This document shows positions 19,895 to 28,410 of a DNA stretch of 34,203 nucleotides, one piece after another (position 1 is the first letter of the stretch; every line of letters begins with the position of its first letter). Source of the stretch: Polyangiales bacterium (GTDB lineage Bacteria > Myxococcota_A > Polyangia > Polyangiales > Polyangiaceae); NCBI GenBank assembly GCA_038230375.1, contig JBBRNJ010000087.1, positions 1 through 34,203 on the forward strand, read 5' to 3'. The notes beneath the pieces were generated by a model. That model was not told where the DNA came from, searched no databases, and saw only the letters and a program-made list of their open reading frames with translations. A program made the translations under genes and the position numbers.

Positions 19895-19911
19895 TCGGTG
19901 GACCTCTTGCT
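19895..19911 (+). promoter_or_regulatory. Putative sigma54 promoter of 19922..21580
   Basis: tcGGTGGACCTCTTGCT = GG-N10-GC; predicted +1 falls on the ATG at 19922. Confidence 0.55.
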
Positions 19912-19921
19912 GGAGCGCTCA

Positions 19922-21580
19922 ATGTTTAAAACGACAATGATGACGGTCATTTGTGGCTTCGTTGCGGCCCAGATGGCGGGGTGTGCTTCGGCGGAGGATG
20001 GGGCGGCCACGCAGAGCGATGAGCTCACTGGTGTCACGAGCTCGGAGCGCCCCATTCACTTCGAGTCCTCCGTGATCGTGGAGAGCGGCGCGAACGACGA
20101 TGCCATCCGCGCGGTGATCGCTCGCGAGGTGAAGACGGCCATCGGCGCGCTCCGCGACTCCAAGGTGTCGCTCGACGATCGCGATGCGCAGTCGAACCTC
20201 TCGCCGGCGAAATGGACGCGCACCCCGCTCCGCTTCGTGGACCCCACGAACGCGCAGGCGTCGCGCGCCGTCACGCGCATCACGTTCAAGTACGACGATC
20301 GCGCGGTCGTCACGAACACGCTCGCGTCCCGCAGCGCCGTCGACTTCGTGATGCTCGCGGGCGACTACACCACGCACGCGGACGCCATTCGAAAGAGCTG
20401 CGTCGACGACACCACGTCCGCCACGGACTCGCTCTGGTACCACTTCCAGCCGACCAGCTCGTCGTGCAACGCGCTCATCCAGGCGGAGCTCACGGCGGTA
20501 ACGCAGGAGCAGAAGACGCTCGCGCAGGGCCAGAGCGCTGCAGGCGCGCAGATCATCGGCCCGAAGGAGCTCGCGCGCTGGTTCCAGCCGGTCACCGCAC
20601 GCCTCGACGCGCCGAAGGCACCGACGAAGGCCTATGCACCCGAGTACGACCGCCTCTTCGGAGTCGGCTCGGACAAGCAGGAGCTGCTCGTCTACGCGTT
20701 CCTCGGTGTGGATGGCTACGCCGCGGCGGATGCGTACAACCCTGACGACATCCTGGGTATGGAGGCGATGAAGTTCCTTCGCACCATGCTGCGCGCGCAG
20801 CCGAACCTGCGCCCGGTGAAGACAGACCCGTACGCGATGCTCCTGGACTTCTACGTGGACGGCAAGAAGCTCGACGGCATCACGTACGAGCGCATGCTCT
20901 CGTGGGTCATCGATCGGTCGAACCTCCCGGCCGAGGTAGGCTCGGACCCCGCGAAGATCCAGGACCTCCGCCGCCAGGTCATGACCAAGTTCGCGGAGCG
21001 CTGGATCGACTGGGTCGTCCCCATGGAGGTCGCGAAGGCCGACGGCACGAAGAAGAACCTCAACGTCCGCATCCGCAGCTACTACGGCCAGGAAGACGGC
21101 ACGCCGGACGCGCGCCAGCACGCGCAATGGCGCTACCTGGAGGCGTTCTGGTACGGCGACGTGTTCCTCTACAACGGCCACTCGCACTTCGGGAACGGTC
21201 CACTGGAGCCGCAGCTCTACGGCGCGCAGAACTTCAACGACCGCTACCAAGTGATGCTGGTGAACAGTTGCATCTCGTTCAACTACTACCACGAGGATTT
21301 TCTTCGCATGAAGCCTGGCGGCTCGAAGAACCTGGACATGGTGCTGAACGGGCTCCCCTCGTACGTGAACGACGGTGGCGTCGCGAGCGCGAAGTTCCTC
21401 ACCGGCTTGCTCGACGGCTCGATGAAGCCTTATGTCGACATCCTCAAGGGAATGCAGCTCGACATGCCGTGGGGTGAGCGCGCATACGACCCCATGCGCG
21501 TCGTCGACGGCGAGCTGGACAACGCCTTTGATGAAGGCGCCGCAAAGCTCTCTGCGCGGGCCCTCGCGCCCGTTTACTGA
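19922..21580 (+). CDS. Myxobacterial lipoprotein with putative caspase/gingipain-like (His-Cys) C-terminal domain
   Basis: Lipobox MAGC; FLYNGHS and MLVNSC motifs; paralogous to 1800..3080. Confidence 0.82.
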   Translation: MFKTTMMTVICGFVAAQMAGCASAEDGAATQSDELTGVTSSERPIHFESSVIVESGANDDAIRAVIAREVKTAIGALRDSKVSLDDRDAQSNLSPAKWTRTPLRFVDPTNAQASRAVTRITFKYDDRAVVTNTLASRSAVDFVMLAGDYTTHADAIRKSCVDDTTSATDSLWYHFQPTSSSCNALIQAELTAVTQEQKTLAQGQSAAGAQIIGPKELARWFQPVTARLDAPKAPTKAYAPEYDRLFGVGSDKQELLVYAFLGVDGYAAADAYNPDDILGMEAMKFLRTMLRAQPNLRPVKTDPYAMLLDFYVDGKKLDGITYERMLSWVIDRSNLPAEVGSDPAKIQDLRRQVMTKFAERWIDWVVPMEVAKADGTKKNLNVRIRSYYGQEDGTPDARQHAQWRYLEAFWYGDVFLYNGHSHFGNGPLEPQLYGAQNFNDRYQVMLVNSCISFNYYHEDFLRMKPGGSKNLDMVLNGLPSYVNDGGVASAKFLTGLLDGSMKPYVDILKGMQLDMPWGERAYDPMRVVDGELDNAFDEGAAKLSARALAPVY

Positions 21581-21607
21581 CGCGCGGATTCGGCTACGCT
21601 CGATCTC

Positions 21608-22126
21608 ATGTCGAACGACAACAAGCTTCGTGCGCCCAGCTTCGTCCCGCTCCTCAATGGCGCGCTGCTGTACGGGTTCCTGACGGCATTCGGTGTGGCG
21701 TCGTCCGTCATCCTGCCCATCCTCGGTGAGCTCTGGGAGAAGTCACCGCGGCTGGGCGCCATCGCGTTCCTGGCATATATCGCGTCGCCCATCGGGCTCA
21801 TTGCCATCGCACACCATCTTGGCCACGGCTTCCTGGACCGGTTCGACGCGCGCAAGCGGGCCCGGTCGAAGCCGCTCTTGCCGGATGCAGAGAGCCTGTC
21901 GGCCGGATTCTTCGGCTGGTTCGCGATCGTGTTCTCGAGCATCGCGTCCGCGTTCGTGCTGCTCGCTGCGTTCCCCCCGCCGCCGGAAGAAGGCGCCGCC
22001 CTTGCGCTTATGCACGTCGCCACGGACGTGCGCCTCCAGGCCACGTTGCACACCGTCGTCTGGATCCTGATCGCCGCGGGGCTCTACGCCGCGGAGCGCA
22101 AGGGTCGCCGCTCGAGCGCGGACTGA
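21608..22126 (+). CDS. Hypothetical 4-TM membrane protein
   Basis: Four hydrophobic segments; TACGCT -10 element 7 nt before the ATG. Confidence 0.75.
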   Translation: MSNDNKLRAPSFVPLLNGALLYGFLTAFGVASSVILPILGELWEKSPRLGAIAFLAYIASPIGLIAIAHHLGHGFLDRFDARKRARSKPLLPDAESLSAGFFGWFAIVFSSIASAFVLLAAFPPPPEEGAALALMHVATDVRLQATLHTVVWILIAAGLYAAERKGRRSSAD

Positions 22127-22953
22127 CGACGAGCCGCGGTCTGCACGAAGTGTCGCGGCAGACGTACGTCGTGGACGATGCGCAGCAGTGAGAGCACCTT
22201 GATCGTGTAGTAGCTGACGTCCAGCTCCCACCACATCAGGCCCTGCCGCGCCGAGCTCATGTAGAAGTGGTGGTTGTTGTGCCAGCCCTCGCCCAGCGTG
22301 AGCACCGCGAGCCACGCGTTGTTGCGTGAGTCGTCGTTGGTCTCGAACCGGCGCGTGCCCCACGTATGCGCGAGCGAGTTCACGGCCGCCGTCAGATGAA
22401 GCACGGCGATCGTCGGGATGACGAAGCCCCACAGGATTCCCGCGGTCCCCGCAATGGCGTAGCAACCCGTCATCCAAAGCGCGATCGGGAGCCAGTTGTA
22501 CTTCTCTATGAAGCGGAGCTCCGGCACGCGCGTGAGGTCGCGCACGTTGGAGAGATCGGGCACCTCGTGGCTGCCATCGAAGAACCAACCGATATGCGAA
22601 TGCCAGAATCCTCCGAGCACCGGCGAATGCGGATCGCCCGGCTGATCCGAGTGCTTGTGGTGCGCGCGATGCCAGCTTGCCCACCAGATGGGGCCGTTCT
22701 GCATCGCGGCCGCGCCCAGGAATCCCAGCATGAAGCGGAACACGCGGCTGGTGCGGAACGAGCGATGCGCGAAGAAGCGGTGGTAGCCGACCGTGATTGC
22801 CCACATCCGGATCAGGTAGCTCGCCAGGGCGAGCGCACCGAGCCGCCACGTGGGTGGGTACACCAGCATCATGACCGGCGCGGCATGGATGGCGAAGAAG
22901 AGGGTCGTCGAGAGGTATTCGTGCGCCGTCCGGCGCCGCGGAGAAATTTGCAG
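22084..22953 (-). CDS. Acyl-CoA (delta-9-type) fatty-acid desaturase
   Basis: His boxes HRFFAH, HRAHH, GEGWHNNHH; DPHSP; NSLAH; start uncertain (CTG 22953 proposed). Confidence 0.92.
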   Translation of the reverse strand: MQISPRRRTAHEYLSTTLFFAIHAAPVMMLVYPPTWRLGALALASYLIRMWAITVGYHRFFAHRSFRTSRVFRFMLGFLGAAAMQNGPIWWASWHRAHHKHSDQPGDPHSPVLGGFWHSHIGWFFDGSHEVPDLSNVRDLTRVPELRFIEKYNWLPIALWMTGCYAIAGTAGILWGFVIPTIAVLHLTAAVNSLAHTWGTRRFETNDDSRNNAWLAVLTLGEGWHNNHHFYMSSARQGLMWWELDVSYYTIKVLSLLRIVHDVRLPRHFVQTAARRQSALERRPLRSAA

Positions 22954-23158
22954 TGAGACAACCCTCCAGTATTTCCGGTCCAGAACGGGCTCGAGCCGGA
23001 AAATCGCGAGGCCTGTCGGCGCAGAAAGGCTGCGGCCGCTCCAACCATAGCGCGACCTCGACCGTTTCCGTTGGGAATGACGGGAAAGTCGGAGAGCCGG
23101 GCCAAAAGGCCGCAATCGCCCGTGGGCCGGCCAGTCCCACGCCAAAATTCCGTGGCTG

Positions 23159-25318
23159 CTACTCGAGCGACCCGCTCGGGGCGGGGTCGACTGGGCGCGG
23201 TGGGGGGATGGTGATGCTGGGGTGGAGGGAGACGCCCAGCTTCTCGCGCACGTCGGCGAAGGCGGACGACACGGCGAACGCAAGAAGATCGCTTCGCCGA
23301 TCCTCTGCGCTCAGCTCGGCGATCGCGCGCTCCTCCGCCTTCACGATCTTGGTCGCGACGCGCAGGTCCGACGTGAGCAGGAAGCCGCAACGCGTGGCGA
23401 GGAGCTCGACGCTCTTCATCCACGTGAGGAGCTCCATCTTGCCGCCACGCGCGTCCAGCTTCTCGACGGCGGCCTTGAGCTGCGCCTTCGCCTCGCCCGG
23501 GAGCTTCGCGGAGAGTTTGTTGAAGAGGGTCTCGATCTCCGCCTTGATGGCCGTGGGCTTCCCGAGGTCAGGATGGACGACTGACACGGCGGCAAGAACG
23601 AGCGCCGTGAGATCCGCGAGCGTCGGATAGAAGACGAGCGCGTAGTGCTCGGGGCGGTAGTAGACCAGATGACGCCCCGCCAGGAACGCGAGCTCCATCA
23701 CGCTGCGCCCCGTGAGCACGCTGGGGCCCACGGCAACCGCGGGCGCGGCGGCGCGCATGGCGGCGACGCTGGTGCGGCCGTCGTCCATCATGACCAGATC
23801 CGGGAGATCGATCCCGAGGACCTTGCCCGCCCACGCGAACGTGCGTGCAGCGGAGCCCGTGCCTTCGGGGTCCAGCTTCTTCTGTTCGTCCGTGATGGAG
23901 AGCTTCTGCTCGCGACCGAGCACGTCCACGCGATGCTGCACGGCCACGTCGCGAACAATGGTGAGGATCTCTTCCAGGATCTCGTCCGAGCCGCTGGGCC
24001 GGATCTTGTGCAGGTCCGCCACGCTCAGAGGGACCGTGGGACGGATGGGGCTCGTGGGCCGCAGTTGCTGCAGATAGAGTTCGTGATCCATGTCCGTGGA
24101 GCCCAGCTCCTCGAGACATTCGGCCGCGTAGAGCGCGCGGTCGGGGCGGCTCGCGCGCATGTGGAGCTCGAAGAGGCGGCGGTAGGTCTGCGCACGCCGC
24201 GGCTCCGCCCAGGCAATGGTCTCGAGCTCGCGCACGGCGGCGTGACGCTCGCCCTTCGCGACGTACAGCTCCGCGAGCGCACTACGCGCCTCCACGTCCC
24301 CGGGCTGGATCTCCAGCGCCGCGCGGAACGCCTCCACCGCGCCGGGTCCGTCGAGCAGCCGGTCGCGGCGCAGCGTTGCGAGCTTCTTGCAGACGAAGAA
24401 CGCCTCGTCCGCCTTCTTCGCGCGCGCGAGCTCCACGACCACGCGCTCGTAGACGCGGGCGAGCTCACCCCATTCCTCGCGGCGCGTGCGCACTGCGGTC
24501 ATGGTGACCAGCGCCTTCTCGTGCGACGGGTCATCCATGAGCGCAAGCTCCATGAACGCGAGCGCGCGCGGCTCGTCGCGGAGCTTGGTGAGCATCACCT
24601 CCGCCTGCACGAATCGGTAGCGCGAACGCTCACGATCGTCGTCGGTGTGGTCGACGAGACGGTCGTACACGTCGATCAGCTTCTTGTGCTGGTTATTGTC
24701 GCGATAGAGCTCCGCGAGTTGCTTCAGCGTGCCGGCGTGCTTGGGCCGGAGCTCCGACGCGCGCTCGAGCGACTCCGCGGAGAGCTCGTAGTCACCGCCG
24801 GCCTTCAGCTGCGCGGCTGCCAGACGACACAGCTCCTGGGCGCGCGCGTCCGGCTCTTCGAGTGCGTATGCCAGCCTGCGACGATAGGTTACGACGCGCT
24901 CCGACTCACCCTCACGCTCAGCGAGCTCCACCAGGGCCTCGAGCGAACGACGGTGCGTCGCCATCGCGGACAGCGCCTTCTCGTAGTTCAGCTCCGCCTC
25001 GCGCCGCTTGCCCTGGGCGCGCTTCACCTCTGCGATGTTCGCGTAGAGCGACGCGCACGTATGGCTGTCGGACGGATCCACGACCATCAAGGCCTTCTTG
25101 TACTCGTCGAGCGCGGCCTCGAAATCGCGCTTGTTGCGCGCCTCATCCGCCTTGTCCAGCATGGGCTCGATCGCCGGCATGGGCAGCATGGCGCGCGAGG
25201 GTGGTGGGGCCGGGATGCTTCGGGTCACCCGCGACGGCGGCGGCACCGAGTGCGACGGCGGCGGGATGGAGACCGGAGGTAGCAGCGATGGACGGGCGTC
25301 GTCTTTTTCGTCGCTCAT
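23159..25318 (-). CDS. Tetratricopeptide-repeat protein with S.PP-rich termini and a C-terminal degenerate zincin-like domain
   Basis: Multiple TPR-like repeats (A...Y.KAL...P); ELAFLAGRHL and E..A.R.G.LL C-terminal motifs. Confidence 0.85.
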   Translation of the reverse strand: MSDEKDDARPSLLPPVSIPPPSHSVPPPSRVTRSIPAPPPSRAMLPMPAIEPMLDKADEARNKRDFEAALDEYKKALMVVDPSDSHTCASLYANIAEVKRAQGKRREAELNYEKALSAMATHRRSLEALVELAEREGESERVVTYRRRLAYALEEPDARAQELCRLAAAQLKAGGDYELSAESLERASELRPKHAGTLKQLAELYRDNNQHKKLIDVYDRLVDHTDDDRERSRYRFVQAEVMLTKLRDEPRALAFMELALMDDPSHEKALVTMTAVRTRREEWGELARVYERVVVELARAKKADEAFFVCKKLATLRRDRLLDGPGAVEAFRAALEIQPGDVEARSALAELYVAKGERHAAVRELETIAWAEPRRAQTYRRLFELHMRASRPDRALYAAECLEELGSTDMDHELYLQQLRPTSPIRPTVPLSVADLHKIRPSGSDEILEEILTIVRDVAVQHRVDVLGREQKLSITDEQKKLDPEGTGSAARTFAWAGKVLGIDLPDLVMMDDGRTSVAAMRAAAPAVAVGPSVLTGRSVMELAFLAGRHLVYYRPEHYALVFYPTLADLTALVLAAVSVVHPDLGKPTAIKAEIETLFNKLSAKLPGEAKAQLKAAVEKLDARGGKMELLTWMKSVELLATRCGFLLTSDLRVATKIVKAEERAIAELSAEDRRSDLLAFAVSSAFADVREKLGVSLHPSITIPPPRPVDPAPSGSLE

Positions 25319-25342
25319 GTTCGTCCCCAGGCTATCCCCTTT

Positions 25343-26284
25343 CTAGGCGGAGCGCTGGGTGTTCACGATCGAGTCGCGCGTGAGGCGGTTGACGTGGAAC
25401 CTTGCAACGAAGAGCGCATGGTCGGAGTCCGCCGTGGGTGAGACCCCTGGCACGAACGGGCCGTGATCGCGCAGCGCCTCGTTCTGGAACGCCGCGGCCT
25501 CCAGCCGTTCGCGCAGCTGCGCCGACACCAGGATGTGGTCGATCTGCTCCTTCTTGCCGCCGTGCATGGTGCTGAAGCGCGCCTCCTTCGGGACGATCGC
25601 CGCGCACGCGTGGAGCATGCCATCCACGCTGCCGCGCACTATCTGGAGCGGCACCGAGTCGAACGTGTCGTTGAGGTCGCCCATGAGCGCGACGTTCGGC
25701 GTCACCGTCAGCGCGGCGTCGACCAGACCACGGACGAAGAGCGCCTCGGCTGCGCGCAGGACCAGGCTGCGCACGTCTCCCTCGGCGCGCTCCATCTCCG
25801 TGACGGGCTCCTTCTTCGTGCCGTCGGGCCGGACCAGCGCCGCCGACAGCTTTGATTTGAAGTGCGCGGTGAGCACGGCCACCAGCCCCACCTGCGGCAC
25901 ATCCACGCGCACGTGCGGCACGCCACGCCGAAGAGGGATGCGCTTCGGAAACGGCTGCGCGTCCCCTTCGCGGAAGATCGGAAACGGCAGTTCGTCAGCG
26001 ATGTGCACCGTCTCGTGGACGAACGGCAGACGCGAAACGATGGCGTTGCGAATGCCTCGCTGATCCGGCAACGCGAGCACGACATGCCGATAGTCCGCGC
26101 CGCCCGGCATGCGCTTCAGGATCTCTCGCAGCGCCTCCTGCGACGCGATCTCCTGGAGCGCGATCACATCCGCGTCCGCGCGAGCCAGCTGGGAGGCGAT
26201 CTCGTCGAGCTTGGATTGTGGCGCGGACACCCGAAGTGCGTCCTCGAACAGATCCTTCACGTTGAACGTTGCGAGGGAAAACAC
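25343..26284 (-). CDS. Endonuclease/exonuclease/phosphatase (EEP) family protein
   Basis: ATFNV, ADVIALQEI, HFKS, MGDLND, IDHILVS, SDH motifs; GTG start inferred. Confidence 0.92.
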   Translation of the reverse strand: MFSLATFNVKDLFEDALRVSAPQSKLDEIASQLARADADVIALQEIASQEALREILKRMPGGADYRHVVLALPDQRGIRNAIVSRLPFVHETVHIADELPFPIFREGDAQPFPKRIPLRRGVPHVRVDVPQVGLVAVLTAHFKSKLSAALVRPDGTKKEPVTEMERAEGDVRSLVLRAAEALFVRGLVDAALTVTPNVALMGDLNDTFDSVPLQIVRGSVDGMLHACAAIVPKEARFSTMHGGKKEQIDHILVSAQLRERLEAAAFQNEALRDHGPFVPGVSPTADSDHALFVARFHVNRLTRDSIVNTQRSA

Positions 26285-26309
26285 GCTGGCCGATGCTATA
26301 CTAGCTGTG

Positions 26310-27239
26310 ATGGCCTTCACCGAAGACAACCTCCGGGAAATCGTCACCCTCACTGCAAAGACGCTGACCGCCCTCGGCCCCCTGATGGAGCCCGACGACC
26401 TGGTCGAGCCCACGGCAAAATACTTTCCGGATGCGTTCAAGCTCGACGCTGACCACATCGAGAAGCTCGTCCACCGGATGCGCGCTTACACGCCGCTGTC
26501 GGAAGACCTGCCGCTCGCGCTCGGATTTGCGGAGCCAGATGCGGAGGCGAAGGGTTCTGGCTGCGGCACGGGCGCATGCGCCCCTGGCCAAGCTGGCGAA
26601 GAGGACGTGGCGCGCGGCGGGTTCGTGGAGACGGCGGACGGCTACGGGCTCGTCCTTGACACCCGCGACGTGAACGAGCCCACGCTGCTCACCACCCAGA
26701 TCGCGCGCGGCCTCTTCGGTATCGTGCTGACCGAGGCCGAGGTAGAGATCCCGCGACAGTCGCTCGGCTTCGCCGCCGAGATCGCAGCCGCCGCGATGGG
26801 GCTTGGCCTGATCACCGCGCTCGGCGCGTCCGTCTACAAGAAGGGCTGCGGCGGGATGCGCGTGCACCGCGGCACCGTCGCCAGCGTGGAGGAGACGTGC
26901 GGCGCCCTCGCGCTGTTCTGTCGCACGCGCAACATCTCTCCTGGTCGCGTTCGCTCTCACCTTCCCGTCACGCAGAAGGAGGCCTTCGACGAGGCCCTTC
27001 GCCTGGTCGACGGCAACACGCACCTGACGGATGCGCTGCGCGAGCATCCGGAGACGCTCGAGGACGGCGTGTTCAAGCTCCACGGACCGGCGGGTCTGCT
27101 CGGTCGCCTCTTCGGGCGCAAGAAGGCCGACAACACAGCGGAGGCGCCGCCGTCCACCCGAAAGCCGCGCACGCGCGAAGAAGAAGAGCGCCTCGCGGAG
27201 GCGAAGCGCCTGGTGCGCGAAGCCCTCGACGCCGAATAG
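26310..27239 (+). CDS. Hypothetical protein, possible catalytically dead zincin-like fold
   Basis: GC3-rich coding frame; extended -10 TGcTATACT 7 nt before the ATG; GCGTGAC and KKGCGG motifs. Confidence 0.75.
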   Translation: MAFTEDNLREIVTLTAKTLTALGPLMEPDDLVEPTAKYFPDAFKLDADHIEKLVHRMRAYTPLSEDLPLALGFAEPDAEAKGSGCGTGACAPGQAGEEDVARGGFVETADGYGLVLDTRDVNEPTLLTTQIARGLFGIVLTEAEVEIPRQSLGFAAEIAAAAMGLGLITALGASVYKKGCGGMRVHRGTVASVEETCGALALFCRTRNISPGRVRSHLPVTQKEAFDEALRLVDGNTHLTDALREHPETLEDGVFKLHGPAGLLGRLFGRKKADNTAEAPPSTRKPRTREEEERLAEAKRLVREALDAE

Positions 27240-27240
27240 C

Positions 27241-27888
27241 TCAGCGCCCGGTGCCGACGAAGTCGCCGAGCACGAGGCGTCCCGTGGGTGCGCCGCTGCT
27301 TGTGTCTCCGAAGGACGCGCATGCCGGGGGCCCCTCCGCAAGACAGCGCTTCACGGAGAAGCCGATGCGTTCGCCGGGCGCGCCGGTCAAGCCCAGCTCC
27401 GCGAGCGGCACCAGCACGCTCGAGGTGAGCGAGGAGTCCAGGTCGGCCGTGTCGTCAGGCGCGCTCACGAGGTCGGCGAACGGGCCGATCGATGGTCCTC
27501 GCACGCTGCCGTCGGCGCCCACCTCGACGATGGTGATCCGCCGCCCGTTGTCGAACGTGAGCGTGAAGAGCGAGCCGAGCGGCTCCGGCTCCGCCGAGAC
27601 CAGGGCGACGTAGAGCGAGTCGTCGGAGTAGGAGAGCCGCGCCTCCACCACGGGCGACGAGAGGTGCCCATCCTTCCTGCGCAGGTACCCGGTGGAGACC
27701 ACGGCTAACGAAGCCTCGCGCGGGAACCCGTCGCCGGTGATGCGTGGCACGACGAGCGTTTCGATCTCCTTCGCGCGCGCCATCGAATCACGGTGCGACC
27801 GGCCCTCTTGGGCGGCGAGCGACACGCCGATCGCGACGGCAGCGGCGGTCCAGAGAGGTGCTCCGCTGGTGGCCGCGCCATGACTCAT
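27241..27888 (-). CDS. Secreted/membrane-anchored protein, possible DOMON-like/CBM9 beta-sandwich
   Basis: N-terminal hydrophobic segment; I.GDG, ARLSYSDDSLYVAL, VPLAELG...GERIGFSV..C pattern. Confidence 0.6.
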   Translation of the reverse strand: MSHGAATSGAPLWTAAAVAIGVSLAAQEGRSHRDSMARAKEIETLVVPRITGDGFPREASLAVVSTGYLRRKDGHLSSPVVEARLSYSDDSLYVALVSAEPEPLGSLFTLTFDNGRRITIVEVGADGSVRGPSIGPFADLVSAPDDTADLDSSLTSSVLVPLAELGLTGAPGERIGFSVKRCLAEGPPACASFGDTSSGAPTGRLVLGDFVGTGR

Positions 27889-27933
27889 CCGTGCGGATGA
27901 TTGTGCGTGAATTGCAGAGTGCGGGGAAGCCCT

Positions 27934-28317
27934 TCACTCAGGAGCGGCGTCGAAAGACGCGTCGCTCTGATCTCCCCCGTCGCCGCCGTCGCGCGCCGCG
28001 TCCCCCACGTTGCCGCCATCCGGGCCCGTGCCACCGTCGGTGGGTGTCGTGCTCGCGTCGTCGGGTGCGCCGGTGTCCTGGTTCACCTGGGCGTCGCTCC
28101 GGAAGCGACCGGAGTCGCTGTCCGCGAAGTTGCACTCACCGGGCGGGCAGCCGTAGCAGGCCATCAGCGTCATCGTGAACGCAGAGCCGAGCAAGGTGGA
28201 GGCGACGACGCCGATCCTTCCGAGCCGGTCCGAAGACGCCCGCAGCTCCTTGCCGCAGTGCGGACAGGAGGAGGTTTTCAGAGGAGCGAAGCCTGAACAC
28301 GCAGAGCAGCGAAGCAT
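27934..28317 (-). CDS. 127-aa putative radical-SAM substrate: zinc ribbon, hydrophobic signal, lipobox LMAC-YG, acidic D/G-rich tail
   Basis: CSAC...CPHC; IGVVASTLLGSAFTMTLMA|CYGCPPGEC; upstream sigma54 motif supports the ATG at 28317. Confidence 0.8.
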   Translation of the reverse strand: MLRCSACSGFAPLKTSSCPHCGKELRASSDRLGRIGVVASTLLGSAFTMTLMACYGCPPGECNFADSDSGRFRSDAQVNQDTGAPDDASTTPTDGGTGPDGGNVGDAARDGGDGGDQSDASFDAAPE

Positions 28318-28329
28318 GCCTCGATGGTC

Positions 28330-28345
28330 AGCAATGTGCATACCA
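28330..28345 (-). promoter_or_regulatory. Sigma54 (-24/-12) promoter of the YG-motif precursor
   Basis: Minus strand TGGTATGCACATTGCT, close to consensus TGGCACG-N4-TTGCW; predicted +1 about 28319. Confidence 0.75.
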
Positions 28346-28410
28346 AACACAAGAATCTCGTACGCTCCGAACAGATCTGGCCTTTGCGCCCGCGCCCCTC
28401 TCCCCACACC

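Noticed and set aside
23121..23141. Hairpin CGTGGG-N9-CCCACG as terminator of the TPR gene
   Set aside because: Only a 6-bp stem with no adjacent U-tract; too weak in high-GC DNA
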